From positions 1 through 64,000 of the forward strand of contig JBBIPC010000012.1 in assembly GCA_037443035.1 (NCBI GenBank): a DNA stretch of 64,000 bases. Direction: 5' to 3'. The position numbers and the translations under genes are program-made. Of the stretch, positions 48,765 to 58,846 are shown piece after piece (position 1 is the stretch's first letter; each line of letters begins with the position of its first letter). The stretch comes from Chthonomonadales bacterium (GTDB lineage: Bacteria; Armatimonadota; Chthonomonadetes; Chthonomonadales; CAJBBX01). Below the pieces are notes generated by a model. The model was not told the origin of the DNA. It ran no database searches and worked only from the letters and a program-made list of their open reading frames with translations.

Positions 48765-49841
48765 ATGCGTAAGAGAGCGACCGCACGAGACGTAGCCGAG
48801 AAGGCTGGGGTGTCCTTGACCACGGTCTCCTTCGTGCTCAACCGCCGCCGGAACGTCTCGATCCCGGAAGCAACACGTCAGCGTGTGCTTCAAGCCGCCC
48901 GCGAGCTTGGTTACAGGCCCAACAGCCTCGTGCGAGGTCTCGTGCGAGGGAGAACCCAGACGGTTGGCGTCATTGTTCCGCGGCTGGATAGCAGCTTCCA
49001 CGCGTCCATCGTCCACGGGATTCAGGAGGTGCTCAACGAGCGAGGCTACCGAATCCTTCTTGCGGACTCCGAGCACCGCTTTGCAGACGAGGAGCACGAG
49101 GTCGAGTTGCTCCTGCAACATCGAGTGGATGGTCTCATCTCCGTGGCGCTTCCCGACGACGTCCCTGAGGAGACGCTCTTGAACTGGGTCGGATGCCTTG
49201 TGGCCGACGGCATAGCGATGGTGGTCGTGGACGATCACACGGCTGTGCACCTAGCGGATTGCGTCACGGCGGATGACGCTCTGGGAGCGAAAACTGTGGT
49301 CGAGCATCTACTCGCGTTGGGTCACCAGAGGATCGCGCATTTGAGCGCAGGTCACGCCATGAGCACATCGAGAAGCAGGAGGGAGGGGTACGAACACGCC
49401 ATGCGATCGGCAGGAATGAGCGTGGATCCACGCATGATCGCTGGCTCGTCCTACTTCATGCCGCCAGACCATGTCCGCAGCATCTTCGCGACTTTGATGC
49501 AGATAGACCCACCGCCGACCGCCCTTTTCGCCGCCAACGACGACCTGGCAGCAGAGTGCCTCGCGGCAGCGCGAGAAGCCGGCATCCGAGTGCCCGACGA
49601 GCTATCCGTGGCAGGATTCGGCGACACAGCAGCCGGGCACTATCTCGATATCACCACCATCCACCAGGACCCGGTTTCCATGGGACGTCGGGCCGCTGCA
49701 AGGTTGTTGGAGCGACTCGACAACCCAGATCTTGAACCGAGGCACATCGTTCTACCCGTGCAGCTTGTCGTGCGGGGTTCCACCGCTGCACCGCGATCCG
49801 CCTCTGACGACGTCACCGCTTCACGAAAGTCAACGCGCTAG
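48765..49841 (+). CDS. LacI family transcriptional regulator
   Basis: TARDVAEKAGVSLTTVSFVLN HTH, LGYRPN, AANDDLA and VPDELSVAGFGD motifs. Confidence 0.95.
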   Translation: MRKRATARDVAEKAGVSLTTVSFVLNRRRNVSIPEATRQRVLQAARELGYRPNSLVRGLVRGRTQTVGVIVPRLDSSFHASIVHGIQEVLNERGYRILLADSEHRFADEEHEVELLLQHRVDGLISVALPDDVPEETLLNWVGCLVADGIAMVVVDDHTAVHLADCVTADDALGAKTVVEHLLALGHQRIAHLSAGHAMSTSRSRREGYEHAMRSAGMSVDPRMIAGSSYFMPPDHVRSIFATLMQIDPPPTALFAANDDLAAECLAAAREAGIRVPDELSVAGFGDTAAGHYLDITTIHQDPVSMGRRAAARLLERLDNPDLEPRHIVLPVQLVVRGSTAAPRSASDDVTASRKSTR

Positions 49842-49866
49842 ACACCACGCAAGGAGGTAACCACCC

Positions 49867-50649
49867 ATGCAAGCGCGCAAGTATGGCTTCACCCTCATCG
49901 AACTGCTGGTCGTCATCGCCATCATTGCGATTCTGGCGGCCATCCTGTTCCCTGTGTTCGCCCAGGCTCGCGAAAAGGCCCGGGCGATCTCCTGTGTGAG
50001 CAACATGAAACAGATCAACCTCGCCATGCTCATGTATGCCCAGGACTACGACGAAACCTTCCCCATCAACCGCCGCTTCGGTTTCGACACGGAGCTGTAT
50101 TACTACACGTGGCGGTGGGCCGTCCAACCCTACATCAAGAACGAGGGTGTGTGGTTGTGCCAATCGGCGCCCCGCCATCTGAACGAGTTCTGGTGGCCAG
50201 AGGTCATGGGTTCGCCGTTCATTGGCGGACGTGGGTGCATCGCTGATGTGACCATGACACTCGACGACTTCAATGCCAATCCCCGGCGCTGGAAGGGACT
50301 TGCCAACTACGCGTCGAATGGTCATTGGAACTGGTATGACGACCGCCTGAGTCTCGCCTACTTCCAGAAGCCCGCTTCCATCATTTCGCTCCTGGAGACG
50401 CGTGACCCGTGGCCGGACATGGAGGCCTGGACCATCCCATGGGACTTCGGCGACGGTTACGGCGGCATCGGTTGTTTCCACAACAAGGCAGGCAACTGGG
50501 GATTCGTGGATGGCCATGTGAAGTGGCTCCGCATTCAGGCGACCCTGGCACCTGAGTTCTTGTGGGACAATGATGCAACCGTTCCACCTGGACAGCCCGC
50601 GTTCACTGTGGAGGGCCTATTGAGCTCCATACCGCCTTGTTTCCGCTAG
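49867..50649 (+). CDS. Prepilin-type N-terminal cleavage/methylation protein (DUF1559-like, H-X9-DG C-terminal motif)
   Basis: [59 protein letters not shown]. Confidence 0.93.
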   Translation: MQARKYGFTLIELLVVIAIIAILAAILFPVFAQAREKARAISCVSNMKQINLAMLMYAQDYDETFPINRRFGFDTELYYYTWRWAVQPYIKNEGVWLCQSAPRHLNEFWWPEVMGSPFIGGRGCIADVTMTLDDFNANPRRWKGLANYASNGHWNWYDDRLSLAYFQKPASIISLLETRDPWPDMEAWTIPWDFGDGYGGIGCFHNKAGNWGFVDGHVKWLRIQATLAPEFLWDNDATVPPGQPAFTVEGLLSSIPPCFR

Positions 50650-50656
50650 GGTGGTA

Positions 50657-50685
50657 CGGGGTGGGCGTGCTGCACGCCCACCCCG
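50657..50685 (+). other. Strong intergenic hairpin without U-tract
   Basis: CGGGGTGGGCGTGC-T-GCACGCCCACCCCG is a perfect 14-nt inverted repeat immediately after the pilin-like gene. Confidence 0.8.
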
Positions 50686-50703
50686 ACACGCAAGGAGAGC
50701 CAT

Positions 50704-50916
50704 ATGCGAAGAGAGATCCCGCCTGCTGTGCTCATCGTTGTGCTTGTCATCGTCATCGGCATCGTCGGCTACCTCTTCTATCGGTCCGGCAGGAGCGTCG
50801 AGGGGGCCGGCGTCACTCGCGACGAGCTGAGGCGTGAGTTCCTCAAGCGAGCGCAGTCCGGCCAGCTGCCTGCCTCGCCGGAACAGCTCCAAAGGCTCAA
50901 GCAACAACCTCGATGA
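50704..50916 (+). CDS. Small single-TM protein
   Basis: AAGGAG RBS; REIPPAVLIVVLVIVIGIVGYLFYR TM helix. Confidence 0.75.
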   Translation: MRREIPPAVLIVVLVIVIGIVGYLFYRSGRSVEGAGVTRDELRREFLKRAQSGQLPASPEQLQRLKQQPR

Positions 50917-50932
50917 GGATGAGGTAACACCA

Positions 50933-51841
50933 GTGACCCCTACCTATGTCGCGCAGGCTATACCCGTCGTGTTGACAACGGACTGCGGAACGGAGATGGA
51001 CGACCAGTGGGCGCTCGCCCATCTGCACCTGAGTCCGTCACTGGACTTGCGGGCGGTGGTCAGCACACATGCACCGAACCTCACTCCGCCTGCCGCGGAT
51101 TCCTCTGCTGCCGCGTGCCGCGAAGTGCTTGGCAGACTGCCTGGCGGCGACGCGGTGCCGGTCCTCCCTGGATCCAGTGAGCCGTTGCCGGACTGCCGAA
51201 CACCGCTACCGAATGCCGGCGTGGAGCGCATCTTGGAGGAGGCACGCCGTGTGGCGCCGTCGGAGACTGCCGACGGCGGCCCACGGGCGAGGCTGATCGT
51301 TCTCGCCATCGGAGCGGCGACGGACCTCGCCTCGGCGCTGCTTCTGGCGCCAGACATCGCCGCATCCATCGAGATTGTCGCCATGGGCTTTCAAAGCCGC
51401 GAGCATGGAGGCGACGAATGGAACGTTAAGAACGATCCGTGCGCCTGGCGTGTCCTTCTGTCGTCGTCCGCACCGCTCACTGTCGGTTCTGCCGCCGTCT
51501 GCAAGGAACACCTGTGCTTGACTGCAGCGGCGGCCGCGGCCATGCTGTCGTCGGCGGGTCGCGCCGGACGATACCTAAGCGACCTCATGGCCGGATGGCT
51601 CGCAGCCAACGCTGAGATTGCTCGTGTGGTGACAGGCCGGCCGGACCTTTGGCCAGTCTGGGATGAGATTGTCGTCGCCCACTTGCTAGGATTGACGCAG
51701 TGGGCCGAGACCCCCCGCCCGATACTGCAAGACGACTTGGCTTTCGCCGAATCGCATGACGGCGCGAGTATGCGATGGATTACGCAGGTGGATGCCCGTG
51801 CTCTGTGGCAGGACCTCGTCGTCAGGTGCCTCGGCACCTGA
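50933..51841 (+). CDS. Nucleoside-hydrolase-like protein
   Basis: VVLTTDCGTEMDDQWAL Asp-rich motif, AIGAATDLA, EWNVKND and VWDE; GAGGT RBS before GTG 50933. Confidence 0.8.
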   Translation: MTPTYVAQAIPVVLTTDCGTEMDDQWALAHLHLSPSLDLRAVVSTHAPNLTPPAADSSAAACREVLGRLPGGDAVPVLPGSSEPLPDCRTPLPNAGVERILEEARRVAPSETADGGPRARLIVLAIGAATDLASALLLAPDIAASIEIVAMGFQSREHGGDEWNVKNDPCAWRVLLSSSAPLTVGSAAVCKEHLCLTAAAAAAMLSSAGRAGRYLSDLMAGWLAANAEIARVVTGRPDLWPVWDEIVVAHLLGLTQWAETPRPILQDDLAFAESHDGASMRWITQVDARALWQDLVVRCLGT

Positions 51842-51860
51842 CGAGCGGTCTCCTCGGACT

Positions 51861-53744
51861 TTGGCATCGCCCGACGACGGGCCACACGCGGCTGGGGGTC
51901 CGCGTCCGAGCCTCTACCTTGGCGCAATCACCGGTATCGTGTTGGCTCCGCTCGTCTGTATCTGGGTCTTTCGGAGTGAGATTCTCTACCATTCGGCGGA
52001 TCTAGCATCCAACGCCCTCAGTCTCGCAGCCGTCGGCACGCTGCTGGGTCTGGTACTTGTTCGCAGCGTTCTCCCTCGCGTGAGCCAACGCTTCGTGCTT
52101 CTTGTGTACGCCGCCGTGGCCGGCACGGTGGGCATTTCCACGATGGGTATGGTGCAGTTTCTCATCACCACCTTGGTGGCGCCCTTTTGGTTCCGGAATG
52201 CCGGCAATCGGTGGGATGAGTTCCTCCCAAGCATTCCATCGTGGGCTGCCCCTCGGTCGCCTGATATTGTACGTGGCTTCTTTCTTGGTCGCTCCAGCCT
52301 CTACGCGCCTGAGGTGTGGCATGCATGGATCGCACCGGTTGCAGTATGGAGCACGTTCATCGTTCTGCTTCTGGCTGCGCAGTACTGCCTCGCCCATATC
52401 TTCTACCCGAGGTGGGCGCATCAGGAACGCCTGGCTTTTCCTATTGTTCAACTTCCGCTCATGGTCGCTTCGCACCGGAGCGAAGGACGCGGGGTTCTGC
52501 TTAGCGGAGCCGCCCTCGCCGTAGCCGTTCAGACGCTCAATGCAGTCCACTACGCGTACCCTTCGGTGCCAGAGCTTCGCGTACTCCCCACTGAGCTGGG
52601 CAGCATGTTTCCACCACCGTGGAACGCCATCGGCAGTTTCTGGATCACTCTCTATCCGTGTGCCATTGGCGTCGCGGCGCTTGTCCCGACGAATATCCTT
52701 GTCTCTTGCATCGCCTTCTTCTGCCTATCGAAGCTGGAGCTAGTGGCGGCACAGGCGTGGGGGTTGCGAAGTACGGGATCCACGGGAGGCTTCCCTTATC
52801 CTGGCGAGCAGGCACAAGGAGCTGTCTTGGCCCTTGTGGCAACAGTGCTGTGGGGCGCCAGGTATTGGCTGCGTGCCTCGTGGCGGCGTCGAGAGGATCT
52901 TGCGGCCTGGCTGGGCCTTGGTCTCGCTGGCCTTGGTCTATGTACCTTCGGCGTCGCGTTGGGCATGCGCGCTGATGTGGCCGTTCTCTTCTTCGCGCTG
53001 TTCCTCCTCTTCATGATCGGCTTGGGATGGCTTCGAGCGGCCGTCGGGCCACTCTGGAATCCCGGGAATGATGTCGCCTGGTGGGCACGAGCTGTCGCCG
53101 GGGATGCGGTACCCACCGGTGAGGCCGTAGGTCTGGCCTATCTCCGGTGGTTTTCGTTCGGCGACTTTCGTGCCCATGCCCTCCCCACCTACGTAGACAC
53201 CATGCGCATCGCCGACGTGGCTAGGATCCCACGTCGCACGCTCCTCGTGACACTGGCCGTCGGTTCGCTACTGAGCATTGTGGCGAGTCTGTGGGTCGCA
53301 TTGGATGTGTACTACCGCTACGGCGCAGCTACGGCTCTTACCGACCAATGGCGCACCTACCAAGGACGGCTGGCTTTCGACAATCTCCGTTCGCTCCTGG
53401 ACGGTACGATACCGAGACCCCGTGTGCCCGAGTTGAGCGCGGCGGGCTTTGGCTTCCTGCTCGTCGTCGTCTTGTCCACGGCCAATCGCAGGCTTCTGGG
53501 ATGGCCACTTCATCCGGCCGGTTACGTCATGGCGCAGACCTGGTCCCTGGAGTGGTTCTGGTTGCCTATGCTCATCGCCCTCGTTCTGAAGTCCATCATC
53601 CTGCGTGCTGGCGGCCTCCGGCTTTACGAGCGATCGCGGCCATTCTTCGTAGGGCTGATCCTAGGAGACTACACCATGTCTGTCGTGCTCGCGCTCTTAG
53701 GTACCCTGTTCCGTGTGCCCATGTACAAACCATTCCCCGTCTAG
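51861..53744 (+). CDS. DUF6785/DUF6784-like polytopic membrane protein (start uncertain)
   Basis: About 16 TM segments; W...ERLAFPIVQLP, WPLHPAGY and PFFVGLILGD motifs. Confidence 0.78.
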   Translation: MASPDDGPHAAGGPRPSLYLGAITGIVLAPLVCIWVFRSEILYHSADLASNALSLAAVGTLLGLVLVRSVLPRVSQRFVLLVYAAVAGTVGISTMGMVQFLITTLVAPFWFRNAGNRWDEFLPSIPSWAAPRSPDIVRGFFLGRSSLYAPEVWHAWIAPVAVWSTFIVLLLAAQYCLAHIFYPRWAHQERLAFPIVQLPLMVASHRSEGRGVLLSGAALAVAVQTLNAVHYAYPSVPELRVLPTELGSMFPPPWNAIGSFWITLYPCAIGVAALVPTNILVSCIAFFCLSKLELVAAQAWGLRSTGSTGGFPYPGEQAQGAVLALVATVLWGARYWLRASWRRREDLAAWLGLGLAGLGLCTFGVALGMRADVAVLFFALFLLFMIGLGWLRAAVGPLWNPGNDVAWWARAVAGDAVPTGEAVGLAYLRWFSFGDFRAHALPTYVDTMRIADVARIPRRTLLVTLAVGSLLSIVASLWVALDVYYRYGAATALTDQWRTYQGRLAFDNLRSLLDGTIPRPRVPELSAAGFGFLLVVVLSTANRRLLGWPLHPAGYVMAQTWSLEWFWLPMLIALVLKSIILRAGGLRLYERSRPFFVGLILGDYTMSVVLALLGTLFRVPMYKPFPV

Positions 53745-53745
53745 C

Positions 53746-54867
53746 GTGTCCAGGAGCGTGTTATTCCTCATGGCGCTATTGGTGTCACCGACCCTCTTTT
53801 CTGCATACCTCTCCCCGAACGAGCGGCTCGAGCCGGCCTTCCAGCCACCACAGAGAGTCTACAACTACACTCCGTGCCTGGTGCAGACGCGTGGCGTCCT
53901 GCACGCATGGTACTGCGCCAATCGAATGCCCGGGGATGTCACCGATTATCTATGCCACCGAACGGCGAGAAGGCGCGGCGGGTCGTGGGTCTGGAGCGAT
54001 GAGAACGTCGCTCTCGAACCAGCTCCACGAGGCAAGTGGGACAGTCGGCACGTGTGCGACCCTGAAGTGGTAGCAGGTAGCTTCCGATACCAGTCCAGGG
54101 AGTGGCAATACGCCATGCTCTACCTGGGCTGCGACGCCGAACGTTCTACGCATAACCAGATCGGCGTGGCATTCGCCAATTCCCTGGAGGGTCCCTGGCA
54201 CCGATACCCAGATCCGATCGTACGCTACACTGCCGATCCCCAAGCCGGCATTGCAGCGGAGCACCTGGGTTGGCCGGTGTACAGATTCTGGGGCGTCGGC
54301 CAGCCGGCAGCTATCTCCCTCGATCGCCGTGGGAAGCTCCTCCTTCTCTTCTCCCGAGGCGAACAAACGTGGGGAGAGCAAATGGTAGAGCTGAATCTCT
54401 CCAACATGGATCGAGGACCACAAGCGAGCGTGCCCCGACCCGTGCCGACCATCGGTCTGCACGGGAAGGATGGGCGGACCGACGTCACCATCGTGAATGT
54501 CGGCGTAGCCCTGAACGAGAAGCAGGACCGGCTATACATGGTCCGCGAGGAGCTGCCGCCCGCAGATAACAGGTTTCCTGGCTTCATCTCGGCTTCCGTG
54601 CAGGTGGCCAGGATTTCATGGTCGGCTCTACGGAGCGGACAGGGTCGGTGGACAGTTCTCGGCCACGTGGATAGCACCCTCACAGGCTGGCCACGGAACC
54701 ACAATGCCTCTATCGTCAAGGACCCGTTCGGCCGGATCACCGACGCGAGCAGCCTGACCCTTGGCGTTTCGGTGGCCGAGTCCTTCGCAGTACCGCCACC
54801 CGATTTCGCATGGCTCTGGACCTATCGCATCGGCCTTTTGCGATTCCCGTTGCCTCGCACGGAGTAG
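53746..54867 (+). CDS. Secreted five-bladed beta-propeller glycosidase-like protein
   Basis: Signal peptide; WDSRHVCDPEV, QIGVAFANSLEGPW and WGVGQPAA resemble GH43/32/117-type propeller blades. Confidence 0.65.
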   Translation: MSRSVLFLMALLVSPTLFSAYLSPNERLEPAFQPPQRVYNYTPCLVQTRGVLHAWYCANRMPGDVTDYLCHRTARRRGGSWVWSDENVALEPAPRGKWDSRHVCDPEVVAGSFRYQSREWQYAMLYLGCDAERSTHNQIGVAFANSLEGPWHRYPDPIVRYTADPQAGIAAEHLGWPVYRFWGVGQPAAISLDRRGKLLLLFSRGEQTWGEQMVELNLSNMDRGPQASVPRPVPTIGLHGKDGRTDVTIVNVGVALNEKQDRLYMVREELPPADNRFPGFISASVQVARISWSALRSGQGRWTVLGHVDSTLTGWPRNHNASIVKDPFGRITDASSLTLGVSVAESFAVPPPDFAWLWTYRIGLLRFPLPRTE

Positions 54868-54939
54868 AGACGTCACCACCCTTGGTGCCGCAAGGTCAGA
54901 CGTGGCATGTCCGTGGTGCGGGCGGACTACTCTCGCATG

Positions 54940-56433
54940 CTACTCGATCTTGCGATAGACGCCACCTCCGAACACGAACCCCTCGACTTGCTGCAGCCAT
55001 CTGCCGTCCTGGTCGCGGCGCAAGCGTAGCCGAAACGCACTGGCTTCCGGGTCACCGGCCTTGAAGTACGGGCAGTCTGGCCCGGTCCGCAGCAAGCCGA
55101 CCGAGAGATCGGGGCGCAGCAGCCAAGACACACCGGCCTTGTTGGTCCACCGGAGTGCCGGATGTCCGTCCGCAGTCTCCCGAGTGAGCCTGCCCACGTG
55201 CCAGTCATTCTGCATCGGCTCGTGGCGGTACTCGCCTAGGAGATCGTCGAGCCTCAACCGGCGGAGGAGGCGGGCCGGCGGCGGCACGTACTTCAAGGCG
55301 ATGTGCAGAGGTCGCTCCGCTTGCACCTGAATGCGCTTCCGGATGGCCTCGTCGTAGTAGTCCGGTTCGATGAACCCTACGAAGTCACCGGGCCAACTTT
55401 TCCTGTCGAACCACTGGTGATCTTTGGCTTCAAGACCGAACTCCGGGTAGATGCGAAAGATGTGATGCATGAACTCGTGCTGCAGCCACTGGGGCAGGTA
55501 CGCCCGGCGCTCGATGTCGGTATACCGTCCTTTGCCCAGGTGAGGCGGCTTCCTGGTGAGCCAGCGATCGTCAATGATGAAGCAGGGCGAATCCCCATCG
55601 GGACCGGTGCCCATGCCACCTGTGATGAATTCGGACCGGGCGAAGTCGGGATACTGCTCGGGCACACAGGAGGGATAGAGGATCCACCACCAGTCTGTGG
55701 ACGATCGAACGGCATCCGGCACTGCGTTCCAGATGCGCTGCCAGGCATCGCCAGCGAGTCCGGCGAAATGCCCATGCACGGCTACTGGTACCTCGAGCAT
55801 CGGCATATGGAGGACCTTGACCTGCACACCCAGCGTGCCGCCCGAGGCAGCCCGTACCCATTCCGTGAAGAGCCACAGGGAGTCCCGGATAATGGCCTTG
55901 CCTGCTGTTACCAGCGACGGTTCGAGGACGTGCAGCGACTTCTGCCCTGAGCCAGCATCCAGCTCCTTCGCGGTGGTCGGCTCGATGCCACTGGACCTGC
56001 CGACAAGGATCACTCGCAGCGTTGCAGTTGCCAGAGGCCGTAACCGGCGATTGGAGGAGGTGCGCCAACGGACGCATTCCGTCAGCATGCGCAGAGCGTA
56101 GTAGCATGGCGGCGTGCCCACGTTGATGCCGTGGCTGCGTCCAAGATCCCACGCCTGCCGGTAAGCTCTGGCCCATTCCTCCGTAGCAGGCGGATGCGCG
56201 GCCCAGAGCCTATCCAATGCCTGTTTCGCGCTCGCGTAGTTGCCCTTGCGATATGCCGCCTCGGCCGTCATGAACGTGTCGAGAGCGTCTCGAAAAAGCG
56301 CTGACGGGGAGTCCAACCCCTGCGATGCGTAGAATCGTTCGGCCGGTGTGCTCGCGCCCGGAGGCGCTGCAAGCACACTGTTGCTCAGAGCAACCGACAG
56401 CAGTCCCAAGCTCGTGAGTGCCGCGAAACGCAT
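54940..56433 (-). CDS. Secreted hypothetical protein with HExxH zinc-binding motif
   Basis: Signal peptide after AGGAG RBS; WLQHEFMHHIF. Confidence 0.65.
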   Translation of the reverse strand: MRFAALTSLGLLSVALSNSVLAAPPGASTPAERFYASQGLDSPSALFRDALDTFMTAEAAYRKGNYASAKQALDRLWAAHPPATEEWARAYRQAWDLGRSHGINVGTPPCYYALRMLTECVRWRTSSNRRLRPLATATLRVILVGRSSGIEPTTAKELDAGSGQKSLHVLEPSLVTAGKAIIRDSLWLFTEWVRAASGGTLGVQVKVLHMPMLEVPVAVHGHFAGLAGDAWQRIWNAVPDAVRSSTDWWWILYPSCVPEQYPDFARSEFITGGMGTGPDGDSPCFIIDDRWLTRKPPHLGKGRYTDIERRAYLPQWLQHEFMHHIFRIYPEFGLEAKDHQWFDRKSWPGDFVGFIEPDYYDEAIRKRIQVQAERPLHIALKYVPPPARLLRRLRLDDLLGEYRHEPMQNDWHVGRLTRETADGHPALRWTNKAGVSWLLRPDLSVGLLRTGPDCPYFKAGDPEASAFRLRLRRDQDGRWLQQVEGFVFGGGVYRKIE

Positions 56434-56539
56434 AGGACGATTCTCCTGGAGTGGACTCTCCGCCAGCATGAACCTGCGGCCGCGGCGCGCGTCTATGCCT
56501 GTGAAACCCTGCCTCGGTGCAGGCCGACGGAGGTTGATG

Positions 56540-57532
56540 ATGATAGCACCGCGCTCCGCACTGCTGCTGACCGCGTTCACTGCTCTGAGTGTAGCATGGC
56601 TGTCCGGACATCGGCCTGCAGACTACGATCCTCTGAATGTCCCCAAGGAGCTGACGATCCGCAAGGTGGATCTCGTCGTACACGATGGGGCGCGACGAAG
56701 GGACCTACCTGTGCTCGTATACATGCCCGCGCGCGAGACTCCTCAGCCTGTCGTGCTATTCAGTCACGGACTTGGGGGATCTCGTCACGGGAGCTCCTAC
56801 CTTGGCGAACACTGGGCGAAACGTGGATACGTTGCGGTTTTCCTGCAGCACCCTGGTAGCGACACCCAAGTCTGGCGGGGTGTTCCTCTTGCGCAGCGCC
56901 GAGAGGCCATGAACCGAGCCGCGTCGCCGGAGAATCTGCGCTTGCGGGCAGAGGATGTCCACGCAGTGCTCGATGCATTGGGCCGCTGGAACAAGGAGAA
57001 AAGCCAGCTCTTGTATGAACGTTTGGACATGAGCGCAGTCGGCATGTCGGGACATTCCTTCGGAGCCCGAACGACGCAGATCGTCAGTGGTGAAGTGCAC
57101 AGACTGTGGGGAACGAAGTTCCTGGATACGAGGATTCGGGCTGCCGTGATTTTCAGTCCCAGTAGCCCGCTGGGCATGGCTCCAGCCGAGGCATTCGGAA
57201 GTGTCCGTATTCCGTGGCTTCTCATGACCGGCACTCGCGACGTTGCACCCATCGGCGGTCAGGATGTGGAGTCGAGGCTCCGTGTCTTCCCTGCGTTGCC
57301 ACCGGGAGATAAGTACGAACTCGTGCTCCACGACGCCCAGCATTCCGCCTTCACCGACGCATCGCGCCTGGATCGTGGCTTCCGCAACCCGAACCATCAT
57401 CGGGCGATCCTTGCCATCTCGACTGCGTTCTGGGACGCGTACCTCCGCCATGACACGCAGGCTCAGCAGTGGCTCCGGGGAGATGTGTGGCGAGGTGTTC
57501 TGGAGAAAAAGGACCGCTGGCAGAAGAAGTGA
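56540..57532 (+). CDS. Alpha/beta hydrolase (dienelactone hydrolase/chlorophyllase-like)
   Basis: FSHGLGGS, GHSFG nucleophile elbow, TGTRD and AQHSAF. Confidence 0.88.
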   Translation: MIAPRSALLLTAFTALSVAWLSGHRPADYDPLNVPKELTIRKVDLVVHDGARRRDLPVLVYMPARETPQPVVLFSHGLGGSRHGSSYLGEHWAKRGYVAVFLQHPGSDTQVWRGVPLAQRREAMNRAASPENLRLRAEDVHAVLDALGRWNKEKSQLLYERLDMSAVGMSGHSFGARTTQIVSGEVHRLWGTKFLDTRIRAAVIFSPSSPLGMAPAEAFGSVRIPWLLMTGTRDVAPIGGQDVESRLRVFPALPPGDKYELVLHDAQHSAFTDASRLDRGFRNPNHHRAILAISTAFWDAYLRHDTQAQQWLRGDVWRGVLEKKDRWQKK

Positions 57533-57660
57533 GGTGCCACGCCCCATGGGAATGTCGAGGGTAGAATGAAAGCGTCCTCCTTGCTCGCACAGACCGGCAT
57601 TCGTGCTGGGAACTCCCTGTGCGTGCCTGAGCGTAACCTCAGGTGTATGATGAGGACGTC

Positions 57661-58266
57661 ATGGAAGCGGGGTTGAGAGCCTCAGCGACGTCGCGATGGT
57701 GCGATGCTGAAGAGTTCGATCAGTATGTCCGGCGCTATCACCGGCAAGCTTACAACATCGCCTATCGTTTGGCCGGGAACCACGCAGACGCCGAAGACAT
57801 CACGCAGGAGGCCTTCATCCGTGCGTTCCGGTTCTTCGACCGCTACAACCGCTCCATGCCGTTCGAGAATTGGCTGTACCGCATCATATCCAACGTATTC
57901 ATTGACGAAGTTCGACGGCGGCCGAAGCTCAAGATGCAGTCGCTGGATCAAGCTGTGACAGCCAGGAGCACCTCGAGCGAGATGTCCTTCGAAGTGCCCG
58001 ACCTTGCCTCGAACCCCGAAATGATGATGATGGAAACCACGCTGGATGAACCGTTGCAGCGGGTGCTGGACTCGCTGCCGCGGGACTTCCGCCAAGCCGT
58101 CATCCTCGCGGACGTCGAGGGGCTGTCCTACGAGGAAATCGCTGAGGTCATGGGCTGTTCGCTGGGTACGGTGCGATCCCGACTGCACAGAGGGCGGAAA
58201 CTCATGCGCAACCGTCTACTGGGCGAGAGCTACGTCCCTCCGGGTCGCCAGGGAGGAGCAGAGTGA
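57661..58266 (+). CDS. ECF sigma-70 family RNA polymerase sigma factor
   Basis: DAEDITQEAF, FENWLYRI and LSYEEIAEVMGCSLGTVRSRLHRGR motifs. Confidence 0.95.
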   Translation: MEAGLRASATSRWCDAEEFDQYVRRYHRQAYNIAYRLAGNHADAEDITQEAFIRAFRFFDRYNRSMPFENWLYRIISNVFIDEVRRRPKLKMQSLDQAVTARSTSSEMSFEVPDLASNPEMMMMETTLDEPLQRVLDSLPRDFRQAVILADVEGLSYEEIAEVMGCSLGTVRSRLHRGRKLMRNRLLGESYVPPGRQGGAE

Positions 58267-58841
58267 GTTGTAGGCGAGCTGCTTCTCTGATCAGCGCACT
58301 CATAGATGGTGAGCTGTGCGGCAACGAGGCACTTCGGGTACGTGACCATCTTGAACGTTGCGAGTGCTGCCGGCGCGAATACGAGTCGTTGCTGCGGACG
58401 AAGCGCCTGCTTTCCAGCCTGAAACCGGTGGAACCTCGACCGGAGTTCGAACGGGATATAGTCCTTAGAGTCCGGCAGGCATGCCAGGAACCGGAGTGGC
58501 GCAGGAGAATCGGGGCATGGTGGGCGACGACGGACGCAGGCACACGTGTGCGTGCGGCGGCTCTGCTCGCCGCGTTCTCTTTGATAGTCCTGGCCCTCTC
58601 CATCCGGTTTACGCTCACCAGCAGCTCTACGCTACCCCCTCGAGCATCAACCGGTACGCTCGCCAACGCCGATGCCCTGCCGCTGCCGGAGCAAGACATC
58701 GCCTTTGCGCACGAGACATTCGATCGGCCGCAACCTGTGAGTTACCTGCCTAGTCCGGAGCCCCAGGTCAAGGGCGAAGGTGCTCGGCTGCAGCCGCTCC
58801 AGCCCTGGCAGACGTACAGGCCGGTTGCCTCGGCTCCCTGA
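58263..58841 (+). CDS. Zinc-finger (zf-HC2) anti-sigma factor
   Basis: C......SALIDGEL......HLERCECC, one TM segment; overlaps the sigma stop. Confidence 0.88.
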   Translation: MSCRRAASLISALIDGELCGNEALRVRDHLERCECCRREYESLLRTKRLLSSLKPVEPRPEFERDIVLRVRQACQEPEWRRRIGAWWATTDAGTRVRAAALLAAFSLIVLALSIRFTLTSSSTLPPRASTGTLANADALPLPEQDIAFAHETFDRPQPVSYLPSPEPQVKGEGARLQPLQPWQTYRPVASAP

Positions 58842-58846
58842 GGAGC

